Shown here: positions 20,190 through 32,386 of the stretch, piece after piece
Numbering within the stretch: position 1 is the first letter of the stretch
Layout of the letters: each line of letters begins with the position of its first letter
NCBI RefSeq assembly: GCF_001194135.2
Contig: NC_068984.1
Coordinates: 131,523,264-131,587,263 of the forward strand
Reading direction: 5' to 3'
Source: Octopus bimaculoides
Lineage: Eukaryota
Length of the DNA: 64,000 bases
Translations under genes and position numbers: made by a program
Notes under the pieces: generated by a model
The model's input: only the letters and a program-made list of their open reading frames with translations
The model's database searches: none
What the model was told of the DNA's origin: nothing

Positions 20190-23022
20190 TTAAGGAAGGG
20201 GGCTAGGGGGCTAGTCAATTACATCAGTTTCAGTACTCATTTGATATTTATTTTATCAACCTTGAAAGGATGAAAGGCAAAGTCGACTTTAGTGGAATTT
20301 GAACTCAGAACGTAAAAAGGGACGAAATGCTGCTGAGTGATCTATCCTGCATGCTAGCAATTCTGTCAGCTCACTACCTTACCAAGATTACTAATACTGG
20401 TTTCAAAATTTGATGCAAGGTCAGCAGTTTTGGAGGAGAGTGTCAAGTTGATGACATTGACCCTCGTGTTTAACTTGCTACTTATTTTATTGACCCCCAC
20501 CCCCAAAAGGATGAACGGCAAAGTTGACCTTGGCAGAAACTAAACTAAGGCAGCGAGCTGGCAGAATTGTTAGCACGCTGGGCGAAATGCTTCACCAGTA
20601 TTTCATCTGCTGCTACGTTCTGAGTTCAAATTCCACCAAGGTCAACTTTGCCTTTCATCATTTCGGGGTCGATAAACTAAGTACCAGATGCGTACTGGGT
20701 TGATCTAATCGACTGGTCCCCTTCCCCAAAATTTCGGGCCTTGTGCCTAGAGTAGAAAAGAAACGTTAGCACGCTGGGCGAAATGCTTCACGGTATTTCG
20801 CCTGCCATTGCGTTCTGAGTTCAAATTCCACCAAGGTCAACTTTGCCTTTCATCCTTTCGGGGTCGATAAATTAAGTACCAGTTATGCACTGGGGTCGAT
20901 GTAATCGACTTAATACCTTTGTCTGTCCTTGCTTGTCTCCCCTCTATGTTTAGCCCCTCAGGGGCAATAAAGAAATAAGAAACTGAACTTAGAATGTGAA
21001 GACGGATAAAATACTGCAAGACAACCGATACTGAAACATTTTAAGATGGCAAGCTGGGCAACATGCTCAGCAGCATGTCATCCATCTTTATGTTCCTGAG
21101 TTCAAATTCTGCTGAGGTTAATTTTGCCTTTCATCCTTTCAGGGTCAATAAAATAAGTACCAGTTGATTACTTGGGGGCTGGCGTAATCAAATTACCTCC
21201 TCGCTGGTGTAATCAAATTACCTCCTCTTCCTGAAATTGCTGGTCCTGTGCCAAAATTTGAAACCAACATTGAAACATTTTGGATAGAAATATTTCATTA
21301 CAAAAATGCTGCAGGAAAAATTTCCTTTTAGAGATGTTGTAACATTTGCTATTAATCTTTTAATATTTCTTAATTCAAAAACTGCAACGCAAAGATTAGT
21401 TAGTTGCATGAATGTTATCAAAACAAGATTGAGAAGTACAATGCTACATCTAATGCTTGGAGCTGGTCTCTTTGTAAAGTATCTTTCTGAAACAAGATGA
21501 TAAATTCTACAAAGATTATCGTTTACCTGAAGCAACACCAAATGAAATTATTAACACAATGGACACTGAAAATTTCAATGATTTTGCTGATTTCTTAGGT
21601 GTTGATTTAGATATATAAGCAAAGATTTGGTTTTTATCCTTCCTATTAAATAAAGTAACAACTATTATTGCTTCTTAATTAGAATATTTGATTTGATTTA
21701 ATCTGATTTATATTTAAATAAAGTAAACACTGTTTTTTTGTTTTTTTTTATCTAGAGCATTTGTGTTGAAGTCTAGAATTAAATTATTATTTAAATTTGG
21801 TAATGTTGACTATGACATTTTGAAAGAAAGAAGTGTGAAGTGATGCCACACACCAATACAACAGTTCTTCACAAATAGGAGGAATGGGCTTTAAGGACTT
21901 GAAGATCATTAACAAGGAGCCAGCAATTAAAACCTTTTGATAACAACCCGCTGGGCACCACATTTGGTTCTATGATACAAATCTCCTGTTTTGGAGTGGT
22001 CTAAATTAAAAAAACTTCCATTAAAATTTCATGTTAATTTGAGATCCAAAGATCAGCTTAATAAGGATTTCAAATTTTGGCACAAGGCCAGCAATATCAG
22101 GGAGGGGAGAAAGCCGATTACATCAAACTCAATGCTAAACTGGTACTTATTTTGTGAACCCTGAAAGGCTGAAAGCCAAAATCGACCTTGGTGGAATTTG
22201 AACTCAGAATGTAAAGATGGATGAAATGTCGTTAAGCATTATTTCTTTATTGCCCCCAAGGGGCTAAACATAGAGGGGACAAACAAGGACAGACAAAGGG
22301 ATTAATTCGATTACATCGACCCTAGTGTGTAACTGGTACTTAATTTATCGACTCCGAAAGGATGAAAGGCAAAGTCGACTTTGGCGGAATTTGAACTCAG
22401 AACGTAATGGCAGACGAAATACCGCTAAGCATTTCGCCCGGTGTGCTAACGTTTCTGCCAGTAATTCCTGTTGCATTAATACGTTTGGCAAATAAAGAGC
22501 CACATTAGTACACAAATGATTACAATGAGTTTATTAACCCATTAGCATTTAAACTGGTCATATCCATTCCAAATATTCCATCTGTTTTATGCTTAAACTG
22601 GTCAGATCCAGACTATCATGCCTACCCTACACTGTCATTCTAAAAATAAGCAGTCACATCATTGAAATTCTGAAGCTATAAGATTATACATAATTAACCC
22701 ATTAGCCCAAGATTAAACATGATTAACCCCACATCCAGCCCAAATACTCAACCTGTTTTTTGTTCAAACTGACCAGATCTGGCCTCTCACACCGATGTTA
22801 CAACGTCATTCCAAAAAAAAAAAAGCAGTGAGTTGACAGAATCGTTAGCATACCAGGCAAAATGCTTAAAAGCATTTTGCCCATCTTTATGTTCTGAGTT
22901 CAAACTTGGTCGTGGTCAACTTTGCCTTTCATCTCCTCGGGGTCGATAGAATAAGTACCAATGAGCACTGGGGGTTGAAGTAATCAACTTAGTTGCTGGC
23001 CTTGTGCCAAAATTTGAAACCA
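20190..23022. mobile_element. Cluster of about 8 family-B SINE copies in both orientations
   Basis: Cores at about 20190-20380(-), 20390-20535(-), 20549-20760(+), 20761-20982(+), 21043-21270(+, TSD TGAAACATTTT at 21032-42 and 21271-81), 22060-22235(-), 22236-22461(-) and 22825-23022(+). Confidence 0.8.
20985..21560 (+). pseudogene. Fossil hAT transposase C-terminal dimerisation domain, split by a SINE
   Basis: Removing the TSD-bounded SINE joins IKYCKTTDTETF to WIEIFHYKNAAG, followed by PFRDVVTFAINLLIFLNSKTATQRLVSCMNVIKTRLRSTMLHLML (an S.A..ER.FS.M..IKT..R-like hATC motif). Confidence 0.75.
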
Positions 23023-23150
23023 ATGTCATTCCAAAAATTGACAATAACATCATCGGAAGCTCAAAGTTATAAAATAATGCAAGATTAGAATTCAAAACAA
23101 TGTGAATGAATAAGCATTACATTTGACAGTGTAATCTGAATGCTAAAGGG
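22538..23150. mobile_element. piggyBac-type MITE (same family as 14592) with an internal partial duplication and a SINE insertion
   Basis: TTAA-CCCATTAGCATT at 22534 and AATGCTAAAGGG-TTAA at 23139-54; a second ttaacccattagc at about 22693; a family-B SINE flanked by gtcattccaaaaa repeats. Confidence 0.7.
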
Positions 23151-23576
23151 TTAAGGAGACATATCTAAGAATTCTAATGGTGGTTTTGTGTATGAGCAGC
23201 TGAAATGATGCAAAGGTCACCCTGAAGCTAAAAATGAACAATGCCAGTAAAATCCATATGTCTAAGTTAGTCTGAACGGAAGATTCAAATTTAAAGAGAA
23301 GAACAAAAGCAGTTTTATTTCACAAAGAACAAAGTCGTTTCATAAATCAAGACTTTTAAGGACAAAATCAATTGTTATTCTTTTTCTTTTTTTATCTCTT
23401 ATTTGTTTTTGTCATTGGACTGCAGCCATGTTGGGGAACCATCTTGAATGGGTTTTGACGAACAAATCGACCCCAGTGTCAATAAAATAAGTACCAGTCA
23501 TATACTAGAGTTGACATAATTGAATTACCAACCACCTGAAGCCAATATATCTACCAACTTTACCAATCATTTGATC

Positions 23577-24233
23577 CAGTGGCTCTCAATCATTTTTTTT
23601 TGTGGGCCCCCTTTGATTTCTATTTCACTTGGGTGAACCCCTAAACCATTTGATGCTTTAAAAAAAATCCTATTGTAAACTTGGCTTGAGAAGACCTGTT
23701 GGGGCAAGCGAAAGCGAAATTGTGATGGCACCACCATTCGAGTGTGATCGTTACCAACGTCGCCTTCCTGGCACGTGAAAAGTCATTCGAGCGAGATCCT
23801 TGCCAGCACCCCTGTGTAGGTGGCACGTAAAATACACCATTTTGAGCGTGGCCGTTGCCAGTACCACCTGACTTGGCCTTCGTGCTGGTGGCACGTAAAA
23901 GCACCCACTACACTCTCGGAGTGGTTGGCGTTAGGAAGGGCATCCAGCTGTAGAAACTCTGCCAAATCAGATTGGAGCCTGGTGTAGCCATCGGGTTTCA
24001 CCAGTCCTCAGTCAAATCGTCCAACCCATGCTAGCATGGAAAGCGGACGTTAAACGACAATGATGATGATGATGATCTTTATAATTTAATATCAATAGGA
24101 ATTGTATAAAAACAAATCATTAAAATATTTTGTGTATTGTAAAAGTATAACCAATTAATTGCACATAAAATTTAATGACAAAATCTTATAAGGGCTCCCC
24201 AAGGGTCATATGAACCCTGATTGAGAACCAATT
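23577..24233. mobile_element. hAT (Charlie-like) MITE interrupted by an RTE 3' fragment
   Basis: Left end cagtggctctcaatc, right end gattgagaacca; body homologous to 46304-46657; RTE insert at about 23688-24075. Confidence 0.6.
23688..24075 (+). mobile_element. RTE 3' end with (GAT)n tail
   Basis: gagaagacctg...ggcacgtaaaa repeats...catgctagcatggaaagcggacgttaaacgacaatgatgatgat. Confidence 0.85.
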
Positions 24234-24469
24234 ATCTAAATCAATCTATCAGCCTATTTGGCAATCTATTTATCCACCTACCTACTTACCTACCTGTCTA
24301 CCTACCTATCTATCTCTAAGTTTCTAATACATAGTTCTAAGGCCATAGTAGCAAAGAGTACGATAGGAAATACCTGTTCTGAGCATTGATTCCCAGCAAA
24401 CCTCTCCTTAATCCACTTCTTACTTCATCCCAAATTCTCATGCCCTATATTGTGTCTTTTGTTTTCCTT

Positions 24470-24624
24470 TGCAGACATGTGTGTGTGTATTTGGGTGTGT
24501 ATATACGTGGAGGAGGGTTCAGGAGTGTTAGGGTGTAACATGTACGTGTGAGTGTGTACATGTGTGAGTGTGTGTGAGTGTGAGTGTATATGTGTGAGAG
24601 TTTGTATATGTAAATGTGTGTCTC

Positions 24625-24660
<36 letters not shown>

Positions 24661-25157
24661 GATTACAATCATGTGTAAGATATGTGAATGCATATGTTAA
24701 TGAGTGTCTCAGCATGAATGTATGTTAGTATGGGAATCTGTGTAAGAAAATGTGCGTGTATGCATGGGTATGACTTGATGATGTGTGCGTATGCATGTAT
24801 GTGCCTGTGTGTGTGTGTGTGTGAGTAAATGCATACATGAGAGCCTGTGTGCAAGTGTTTGTGTCTGGGTGTATATCAATGTGTGTCTGTGTCTGTGTCT
24901 GCGTGTATGTGTGTGTACATAAATATGTTTGCGCGTGTTTCTTATCCTAGTGCGTGGGTGTGCTCCAGAGTGCAAGCCTCTGTGTATACATATATATACA
25001 TGTATATACAAACATACATACATACATATATACATACATATATACATACATATATATGTGTGTGTGTATGTATACATACATGTATATATATATACATATA
25101 TATGTGTGTAGATGTATATGTATATATATATACATGTATATACAAACATACATACAT
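24470..25157. repeat. Compound (TG)/(TA)/(CATA) low-complexity tract
   Basis: Read directly. Confidence 0.9.
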
Positions 25158-26162
25158 NNNNNNNNNNNNNNNNNNNNNNNNNNNNNNNNNNNNNNNNNNN
25201 NNNNNNNNNNNNNNNNNNNNNNNNNNNNNNNNNNNNNNNNNNNNNNNNNNNNNNNNNNNNNNNNNNNNNNNNNNNNNNNNNNNNNNNNNNNNNNNNNNNN
25301 NNNNNNNNNNNNNNNNNNNNNNNNNNNNNNNNNNNNNNNNNNNNNNNNNNNNNNNNNNNNNNNNNNNNNNNNNNNNNNNNNNNNNNNNNNNNNNNNNNNN
25401 NNNNNNNNNNNNNNNNNNNNNNNNNNNNNNNNNNNNATTTATACATAAATGTGTATTTGTAAGTGTGCGGCTGAATATATATTTGTTTGTGTACAAATTG
25501 TAGAAGTGGGTGGGTAATGGCAATGAAGACAGAGATGGAGGGGGTGAATTGATGTGAAGTGGGGGTAGGGGTGGAGTGGGCAGAAACTTACTCTGCTAAA
25601 TTGAATAACAAACTTAATTGTCCTTTCAAGCCCGACAACCACTGCCACCAAACCTACCCATACCTCATGGCCTTATCACTACAATCTCCTCCACAACACA
25701 TTCCCCCATCAGCACGATCCCCCATCCCCACCAATGAGTCTCTAAAGTCACTAATTGGTTGTTTGACTAATTAGAAATAGCAGCTAAATCGACCAAACCA
25801 TTTGGTAAGGAAAGAAGGTATATTGGATCACCAGAGTCTTCAATGCACTTCAATATACAATATATTTCAATATACAAAAATGATTGGTTACAATTGGTAT
25901 ATCTTTGATAATAATGTTTCTTAATTCAGGTTGACCTCTGGCTAACAACAACAAAATTAACAATAGCAGAAAAAGAGTTGTGTGTGTGTGTGCACGTGTC
26001 TGTATTTGTATATATATATATATACAAGTTCACCACTTCTTTCCCCTTTGTTATCTCTCCTTTTTGTTAGCTCTCCTGTGTGAACTTTCTGTCTGGCAGT
26101 CGCCATGATAGATCGCTGACCACTACATTTATTTTTTTTCTCTCCTTGTTTTTCTCATTATT

Positions 26163-26199
26163 TCTTTCTGTTGAAGAGCGTAGCTCGAAACGTCAAAGA
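26163..26199 (+). ncRNA. Minimal type-I hammerhead-like motif with CUGUUGA core
   Basis: Stem I tcttt/aaaga; core CTGTTGA at 26168-74 plus an extra A; stem II GAGC-GTA-GCTC; GAAA at 26187-90; palindromic stem III ACGT; GUC cleavage triplet at 26192-94. Confidence 0.6.
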
Positions 26200-26289
26200 C
26201 TTTCTCTATTCCCAAGCATTAAACTAATACATCCATTTGTTGTTTATACCACCTGTCCTCGTCTGTTGTTGTTTTTTTCGTAAATTCTC

Positions 26290-26320
<31 letters not shown>

Positions 26321-26811
26321 NNNNNNNNNNNNNNNNNNNNNNNNNNNNNNNNNNNNNNNNNNNNNNNNNNNNNNNNNNNNNNNNNNNNNNNNNNNNNNNN
26401 NNNNNNNNNNNNNNNNNNNNNNNNNNNNNNNNNNNNNNNNNNNNNNNNNNNNNNNNNNNNNNNNNNNNNNNNNNNNNNNNNNNNNNNNNNNNNNNNNNNN
26501 NNNNNNNNNNNNNNNNNNNNNNNNNNNNNNNNNNNNNNNNNNNNNNNNNNNNNNNNNNNNNNNNNNNNNNNNNNNNNNNNNNNNNNNNNNNNNNNNNNNN
26601 NNNNNNNNNNNNNNNNNNNNNNNNNNNNNNNNNNNNNNNNNNNNNNNNNNNNNNNNNNNNNNNNNNNNNNNNNNNNNNNNNNNNNNNNNNNNNNNNNNNN
26701 NNNNNNNNNNNNNNNNNNNNNNNNNNNNNNNNNNNNNNNNNNNNNNNNNNNNNNNNNNNNNNNNNNNNNNNNNNNNNNNNACGATTTCACATAAAAAATC
26801 TTGCAAAACAA

Positions 26812-26852
<41 letters not shown>

Positions 26853-26889
26853 TAGATAGATATAGATATATATAGATATATATATATAA

Positions 26890-27137
26890 AGCACCGTCCG
26901 AACGTGGCCGATGCCACCACTCTCGCCCCAACCGGCTCCTGTGCCGGTGGCACATAAAAAGCACCCAATACACTCTTGGAGTGGTTGGCTTTAGAAAGGG
27001 AATCCAGCTGTAGAAACACTGCCAGATCAGATTGGAGTTTGGTATGGCCTCCTGACTTGTAAGACCCCAGTCAAACCATCGAACCCATGCCAGCATGGAA
27101 AATGGATGTTAACAATGATGATGATGATGATGATGAT
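26890..27137 (+). mobile_element. RTE 3' UTR fragment with (GAT)n tail
   Basis: Same conserved 3' UTR as the other copies. Confidence 0.8.
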
Positions 27138-27358
27138 AAATAAATAAATATACATATATATACACAAAAATATACATATACATTTATATGTGTGTATATA
27201 TATTTCTATATATATGCATATATATACATACATATATGTACATACCTATGTATATATATATGTATATCCATATGCATATATGGGTATAGGACACAAAACG
27301 TAAGCAACATGAAATACGAAATATGAAAACATGGAATACAAACTGAAAGAAGCCCGTC

Positions 27359-27399
<41 letters not shown>

Positions 27400-27403
27400 T
27401 ATA

Positions 27404-27710
27404 TTCTTTTATTCCATTACTGATTTCAGTCATCTGACTGCGGCCATGCTGGAGCAACGTCATTAGTCGAAGAAATCGACCCCACGACTTATTCTTTTTA
27501 AGCCTAGTACTCATTCTATCGGTTCCTTTTGTCAAACTGCTTATTTACGGAGACATAAACACACCAACATTGGTTGTCAAGCAATGATTGATGGTCAAAC
27601 ACAGACACACAAACATATACACACACACATACATATATATAAACTCAATAGGCTTCTTTCAGTTTCCATCTACCAAATCCACTAACAAGGCTTTGGTTGG
27701 TCCAAGGCTA
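27404..27710 (-). mobile_element. SINE family A, partial
   Basis: Family-A tail and core motifs. Confidence 0.75.
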
Positions 27711-27878
27711 TCGTTGTATGTATATGTAAATGGATATATTTGTACATATATATATATATATATATATATACACGCACACACACACACTCATACATATATC
27801 TATATATTTTATAGATATTGATATATGTGACTGTAGATTTTCATCGATGAGTTCATGAACCTTGGTTCTTTACTCTAA

Positions 27879-27929
<51 letters not shown>

Positions 27930-27956
27930 CATACATATATATGCATATATATATGC

Positions 27957-27999
<43 letters not shown>

Positions 28000-28445
28000 T
28001 ACACACAAACATACATATACATATATACACATAAATACATATACATACCTACATACATATATATACATATATACATATACACACACGCACACACATATAT
28101 ATATATACATACATATATACACACATACACTCACACTCATATAATACTACCACCACATCCAGCAGCACCATTACCACCTCCTTACATTGCCGCACTTTAT
28201 TCGCCCACCCCCGCCACAAAACATCTCTTACCCTGGTGTAATTTGGGTCAAATAGTTTTGAACACCACTAATCTTAAGTTAGCAATTCATGCATGTAATA
28301 CAACAAAACTGCATTAATGAAAGTTTGGCCTAGTTATCTAACAGTGATAACATTAATTCAAACAAGACAGCGGCCGCTACAGCAGCAATGGTACTGTTTG
28401 CCCACACACATAGTAGATATCTGTGTAGACACACATATGTATATG

Positions 28446-28479
<34 letters not shown>

Positions 28480-28754
28480 TACATACACATATATATACAT
28501 ATATATATCATTTATATATGTATATTTATAAACTTATGTATATGCATGCATTCNNNNNNNNNNTATATCATTTATATATGTATATTTATAAACTTATGTA
28601 TATGCATGCATTCACACATACTCACATGTACATACATACATACATGCATACATACATACATACATACATACATACATACATACATACATACATGTGCATA
28701 TGTATTTCTTTAATTTGTTTTAGCCATGTGGCTGTGGTCATCATGCTGGAGCAC

Positions 28755-29875
28755 CACCATGACCTTTGTAGCCTTTCCATAGCCCTCTTTTGTGTTTGAT
28801 TTCTTCAATGTGGAGGGAGTTCATATCATCCCTCTTGCATGTGCATTTTTCTTAGTTATTGGCTCAATTGGTGTATGAAGGAGTTTGACACCGCTGCCGT
28901 CATCTGTACTTTGTGCCAAGATGTTGGTTCATCTGGTATTGTGGATAGCAGAATGTCCAATTCCTTTTTGAAGACAGCCACATACACAATATGTAGGTTT
29001 CTTAATTCTTCTGGCAGAACACTGAAGAGCTGTAGACTTTTGAACACCAAGCTATTGCAATACTTGGTCCTCACTTTAAACAGTACCTCTGGTACTATGC
29101 AATGGTATCAGGTACAGGTATTTGTATAACATTTGATGCTGAAGTTAGGTACAAGCCTTTTCAGAATTTCCTGTATGTAAACTATTCCATATTTCTTTTA
29201 TCTTCACTCTAGGGAGTAAACTTATAGTTTTTTCAGCCTCTGTCAGTAGTTCATTTGCTGCACTGTGGCAATCCTTTCAGTGTAGAAGTGTTGGATCACT
29301 TCAAACTCCACTGTTAGTTTGATACTATGCAGTAACCATAGTTGAGAGCAACAGTCCTGGTGGCTGAGAACAAATGCCTTCCACAGGGTCAACATACTTG
29401 TTAATCCCTTGTCCTGAAGAACCTTGCTATCCATCTTGCCAATTGTCTTCACTTTGTCGCAGTCTTGGTAATGTGCTCATGAAATGATGCATCATTACAC
29501 ATACTGATCCCCAAGTCTCTCACTATCTGTGACTCTGAGATGGCACTACCTTTGGGTCCTGTATATGCAGGCTGTGGTGCATTTGAGAGCTGATAGCACA
29601 GTGACTGAAATTTTCCAGCATTAAGCTGTATGTTGTTTTGTTCAACCCACTTGTATATTGCATTTAGGTCTCACTGCAAGTTAATGACATCATCACAATT
29701 CTTTATTGTCTATGATAATTTTGTATCATTGGAATGGCAAGTGACAGTGACTATTTAAGTCTAAGAAAACTCCAATGAACAGTAATGGCCCCAGGACAGT
29801 TCCCAGGGGCACTCCACTCAGAATTTGTGTTTCCATAGAGAAGGCAACATTGGTTGCAACTGCTTAACTTAAAAC
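28755..29875 (-). pseudogene. CR1/L2-group LINE reverse transcriptase relic, 5'-truncated
   Basis: Minus-strand SGVPLGTVLGPLLF at about 29777-29815 (RT G.PQG..L.P motif); a degenerate (YA)DDTK; MLTLWKAFVLSHQDCCSQLW (L.Y..Q.W); LFSVLPEELRNL...FKKELDILLSTIPDEP (typical ORF2 C-terminus). Confidence 0.85.
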
Positions 29876-30334
29876 TTTTAAGAAGTCATGTCACTAGTCA
29901 CCTAGTTTACCAACTATGCCAAGGTCTTGCCGCTTGTGACATATCACACATGCCATGATCCACCTTGTCAAAGGCCTTTGCAAAGGTATATATCAGCAGG
30001 ATGTTGCCATATAGCCTGCTATAGCATTAGAAAGGCAGGATATAACATGACAGTAATTGCACATTTGTTCAGGTGTCTTACAGATGACAATCGGAATTCC
30101 TGGATATCTTTTCCTGCTGTCCATATTTTCTGTCATACAAGTTGAAATCTTCAGGCCAAAATTTATTGCCAAAATGCACATTGACTATAATGGTCCAAAA
30201 ATTCCATGTGAAATGCAACACAATTTGGAAAGATCATGATGATGTTTCAATGTTTACACTACATGTTTATACTACATGTTTCTACTATATACTATGATAA
30301 TGTCTATGTCAGAAAACATGGTAAAGCAAAATAT

Positions 30335-30830
30335 AAACCACTTTATTTAACCACATGATTTCAGGTTCAGTCCCACTGCATGGCAACTCAGGCAACTGTC
30401 GTCTATTGCAGCCCTATGCCAACCAACACCTTGTGAGTGGATTTGGTAAATGGAAACTGAAAGAAGCTCAATGTGTGTGTGTGTGTGCACGCATGTGTGC
30501 ATGTGTGTGTGTGTGTGCACGCGTGTGTGCATGTGTGTGGTGTGTGTGTGTGCACGTGCATGTATATGTGTGCACATACATGTATGAAAATATGTCTCAT
30601 TGTCTTGATATCAAATGATAATTGTAAATGAGTGTCACTGTCATACAAGCGGTGTCATTCATTTCCAATATTCTGCAAAATCACATGTGGCTGTGGGGAA
30701 CTATTGCCTTGCTTGGAAACAGGTGATGGTTAGCAACAGGTAAGGCTTCTGGTCATAGAAAATCTGCCTCAATAAACTGTATTTGACTCATGCAAGCATG
30801 GAAAAGTGGTCATTAAAACGATGATGATGA
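30335..30830 (+). mobile_element. SINE with family-A head, internal (TG)n and an RTE-like (GAT)n tail
   Basis: Head ttaaccacatgatttcaggttcagtcccactgc and core gagtggatttggtaaatggaaactgaaagaagc; tail caagcatggaaaagtggtcattaaaacgatgatgat. Confidence 0.7.
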
Positions 30831-30839
30831 TATGCTTAC

Positions 30840-31810
30840 AGACAGTTAGATGGAGAGGATGAGATAGAGAAGGAGAGAGAAAAAGGGAAAAAGGAAAGAG
30901 ACACACAAATAGGAAGGACGAGGAAGAGGAGGATGAAAAACAGAGTGACAGGAAGAAATGCAGGAGACATACACACACCGAGGAGAGAGAGAGGGAGAGA
31001 GAGAGAGACAGACAGACAGTGAGAGACTGAGGGAAAGAGACAGAGAAACAGAGAGAGAAAGAGAGAGACAGACAAAGAGAGACAGAGAGAGAGAGACAGA
31101 GAGACACAGAGAGAGACAGAGAGACACAGAGAGAGACACAGAGACACAGAGAGAGATACAGAGACACAGAGAGAGACACAGAGACACAGAGACACAGAGA
31201 GAGATACAGAGACACAGAGACACAGAGACACAGAGAGAGACAGAGAGAGACACAGAGACACAGAGAGAGACACAGAGAGAGAGAGACAGAGACACAGAGA
31301 CACAGAGAGAGACAGAGAGAGACAGAGAGAGAGAGACACAGAGACACAGAGAGAGATACAGAGACACAGAGAGAGGCACAGAGAGAGACACAGAGAGAGG
31401 CACAGAGAGAGACACAGAGAGAGGCACAGAGAGAGACAGAGAGACAGAGAGAGAGACAGAGAGACAGAGAGACACAGTGATGGGAAACACACTGAAAGAG
31501 ATGTACACATATAGATACCTAGAGAATGAGGAGAGAGACAAAGAAAGACAGACAGACAGAAAAAGAAAGAAAGAGACAGAGAAAGAGAGACAGAGTGAGA
31601 CACACACATACACACACACACACATACACACAGATGCAGAGAGAGATGAAACACACTGAAAGGAATGTACACATATAGATACCTTGAGAATGAGGAGACA
31701 AAGAGAGACAGACAGACAGAAAGAGAGAGAGAGAAAGACACACACACACACACACAGAGGAGACACTGAAAGGGATGTACACATACAGACACACAGAGAA
31801 TGAGGAGAGA
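30840..31810. repeat. Purine-rich compound satellite of (GA)/(GACA)/(GAGACACA) units
   Basis: Read directly; explains the ERQRET/SLSLC ORFs. Confidence 0.9.
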
Positions 31811-32094
31811 CTGGAGTTGAGTGTAAAAGACAGAAACAATGTCAAAGGAAGACTGTAAGAGTAAATATAGATTCAGGGTGATGTGGTATATTGTATTATA
31901 AATTAATATTTACATTGAACATCATATGTATTGTTCTGGTGTCCATATGTCAGCACAGTATGGCACAGTGAAGGCAGACCACACATATTGGCTATAGAAT
32001 AGAAGCTGGTAATGTTATTGCTGTTCAACCCCAGGTCGGTTTTGACTGAGTTGACCTGTGATCAGAGCTATTCCAATTGTGACAATTTTATATA

Positions 32095-32310
32095 TACTCT
32101 TTTACTCTTTTACTTGTTTCAGTCATTTGACTGCGGCCATGCTGGAGCACCGCCTTTAGTCGAGAAATTCGACCCCCCAGGACTTATTCTTTTGTAAGCC
32201 TAGTACTTATTCTATCAGTTTCTTTTTGCCGAACCGCTAATTTACGGAGATGTAAACACACCAGCATCAGTTGTCAAGCAATGGTAGAGGGGACAAACAC
32301 AGACACACAA

Positions 32311-32342
<32 letters not shown>

Positions 32343-32386
32343 GCATATATACGATGGGCTTCTTTCAGTTTCCGTCTACCAAATCC
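32095..32386 (-). mobile_element. SINE family A, cut by an assembly gap
   Basis: Near-consensus family-A tail and core. Confidence 0.85.

Noticed and set aside
25505-25580. G-run-rich stretch (also at about 55160-55245) as a G-quadruplex
   Set aside because: The runs and loops are irregular within low-complexity DNA, with no functional context.
28504-28613. Exact ~50-bp direct repeat around a 10-N gap
   Set aside because: This is the typical signature of an unmerged contig overlap.
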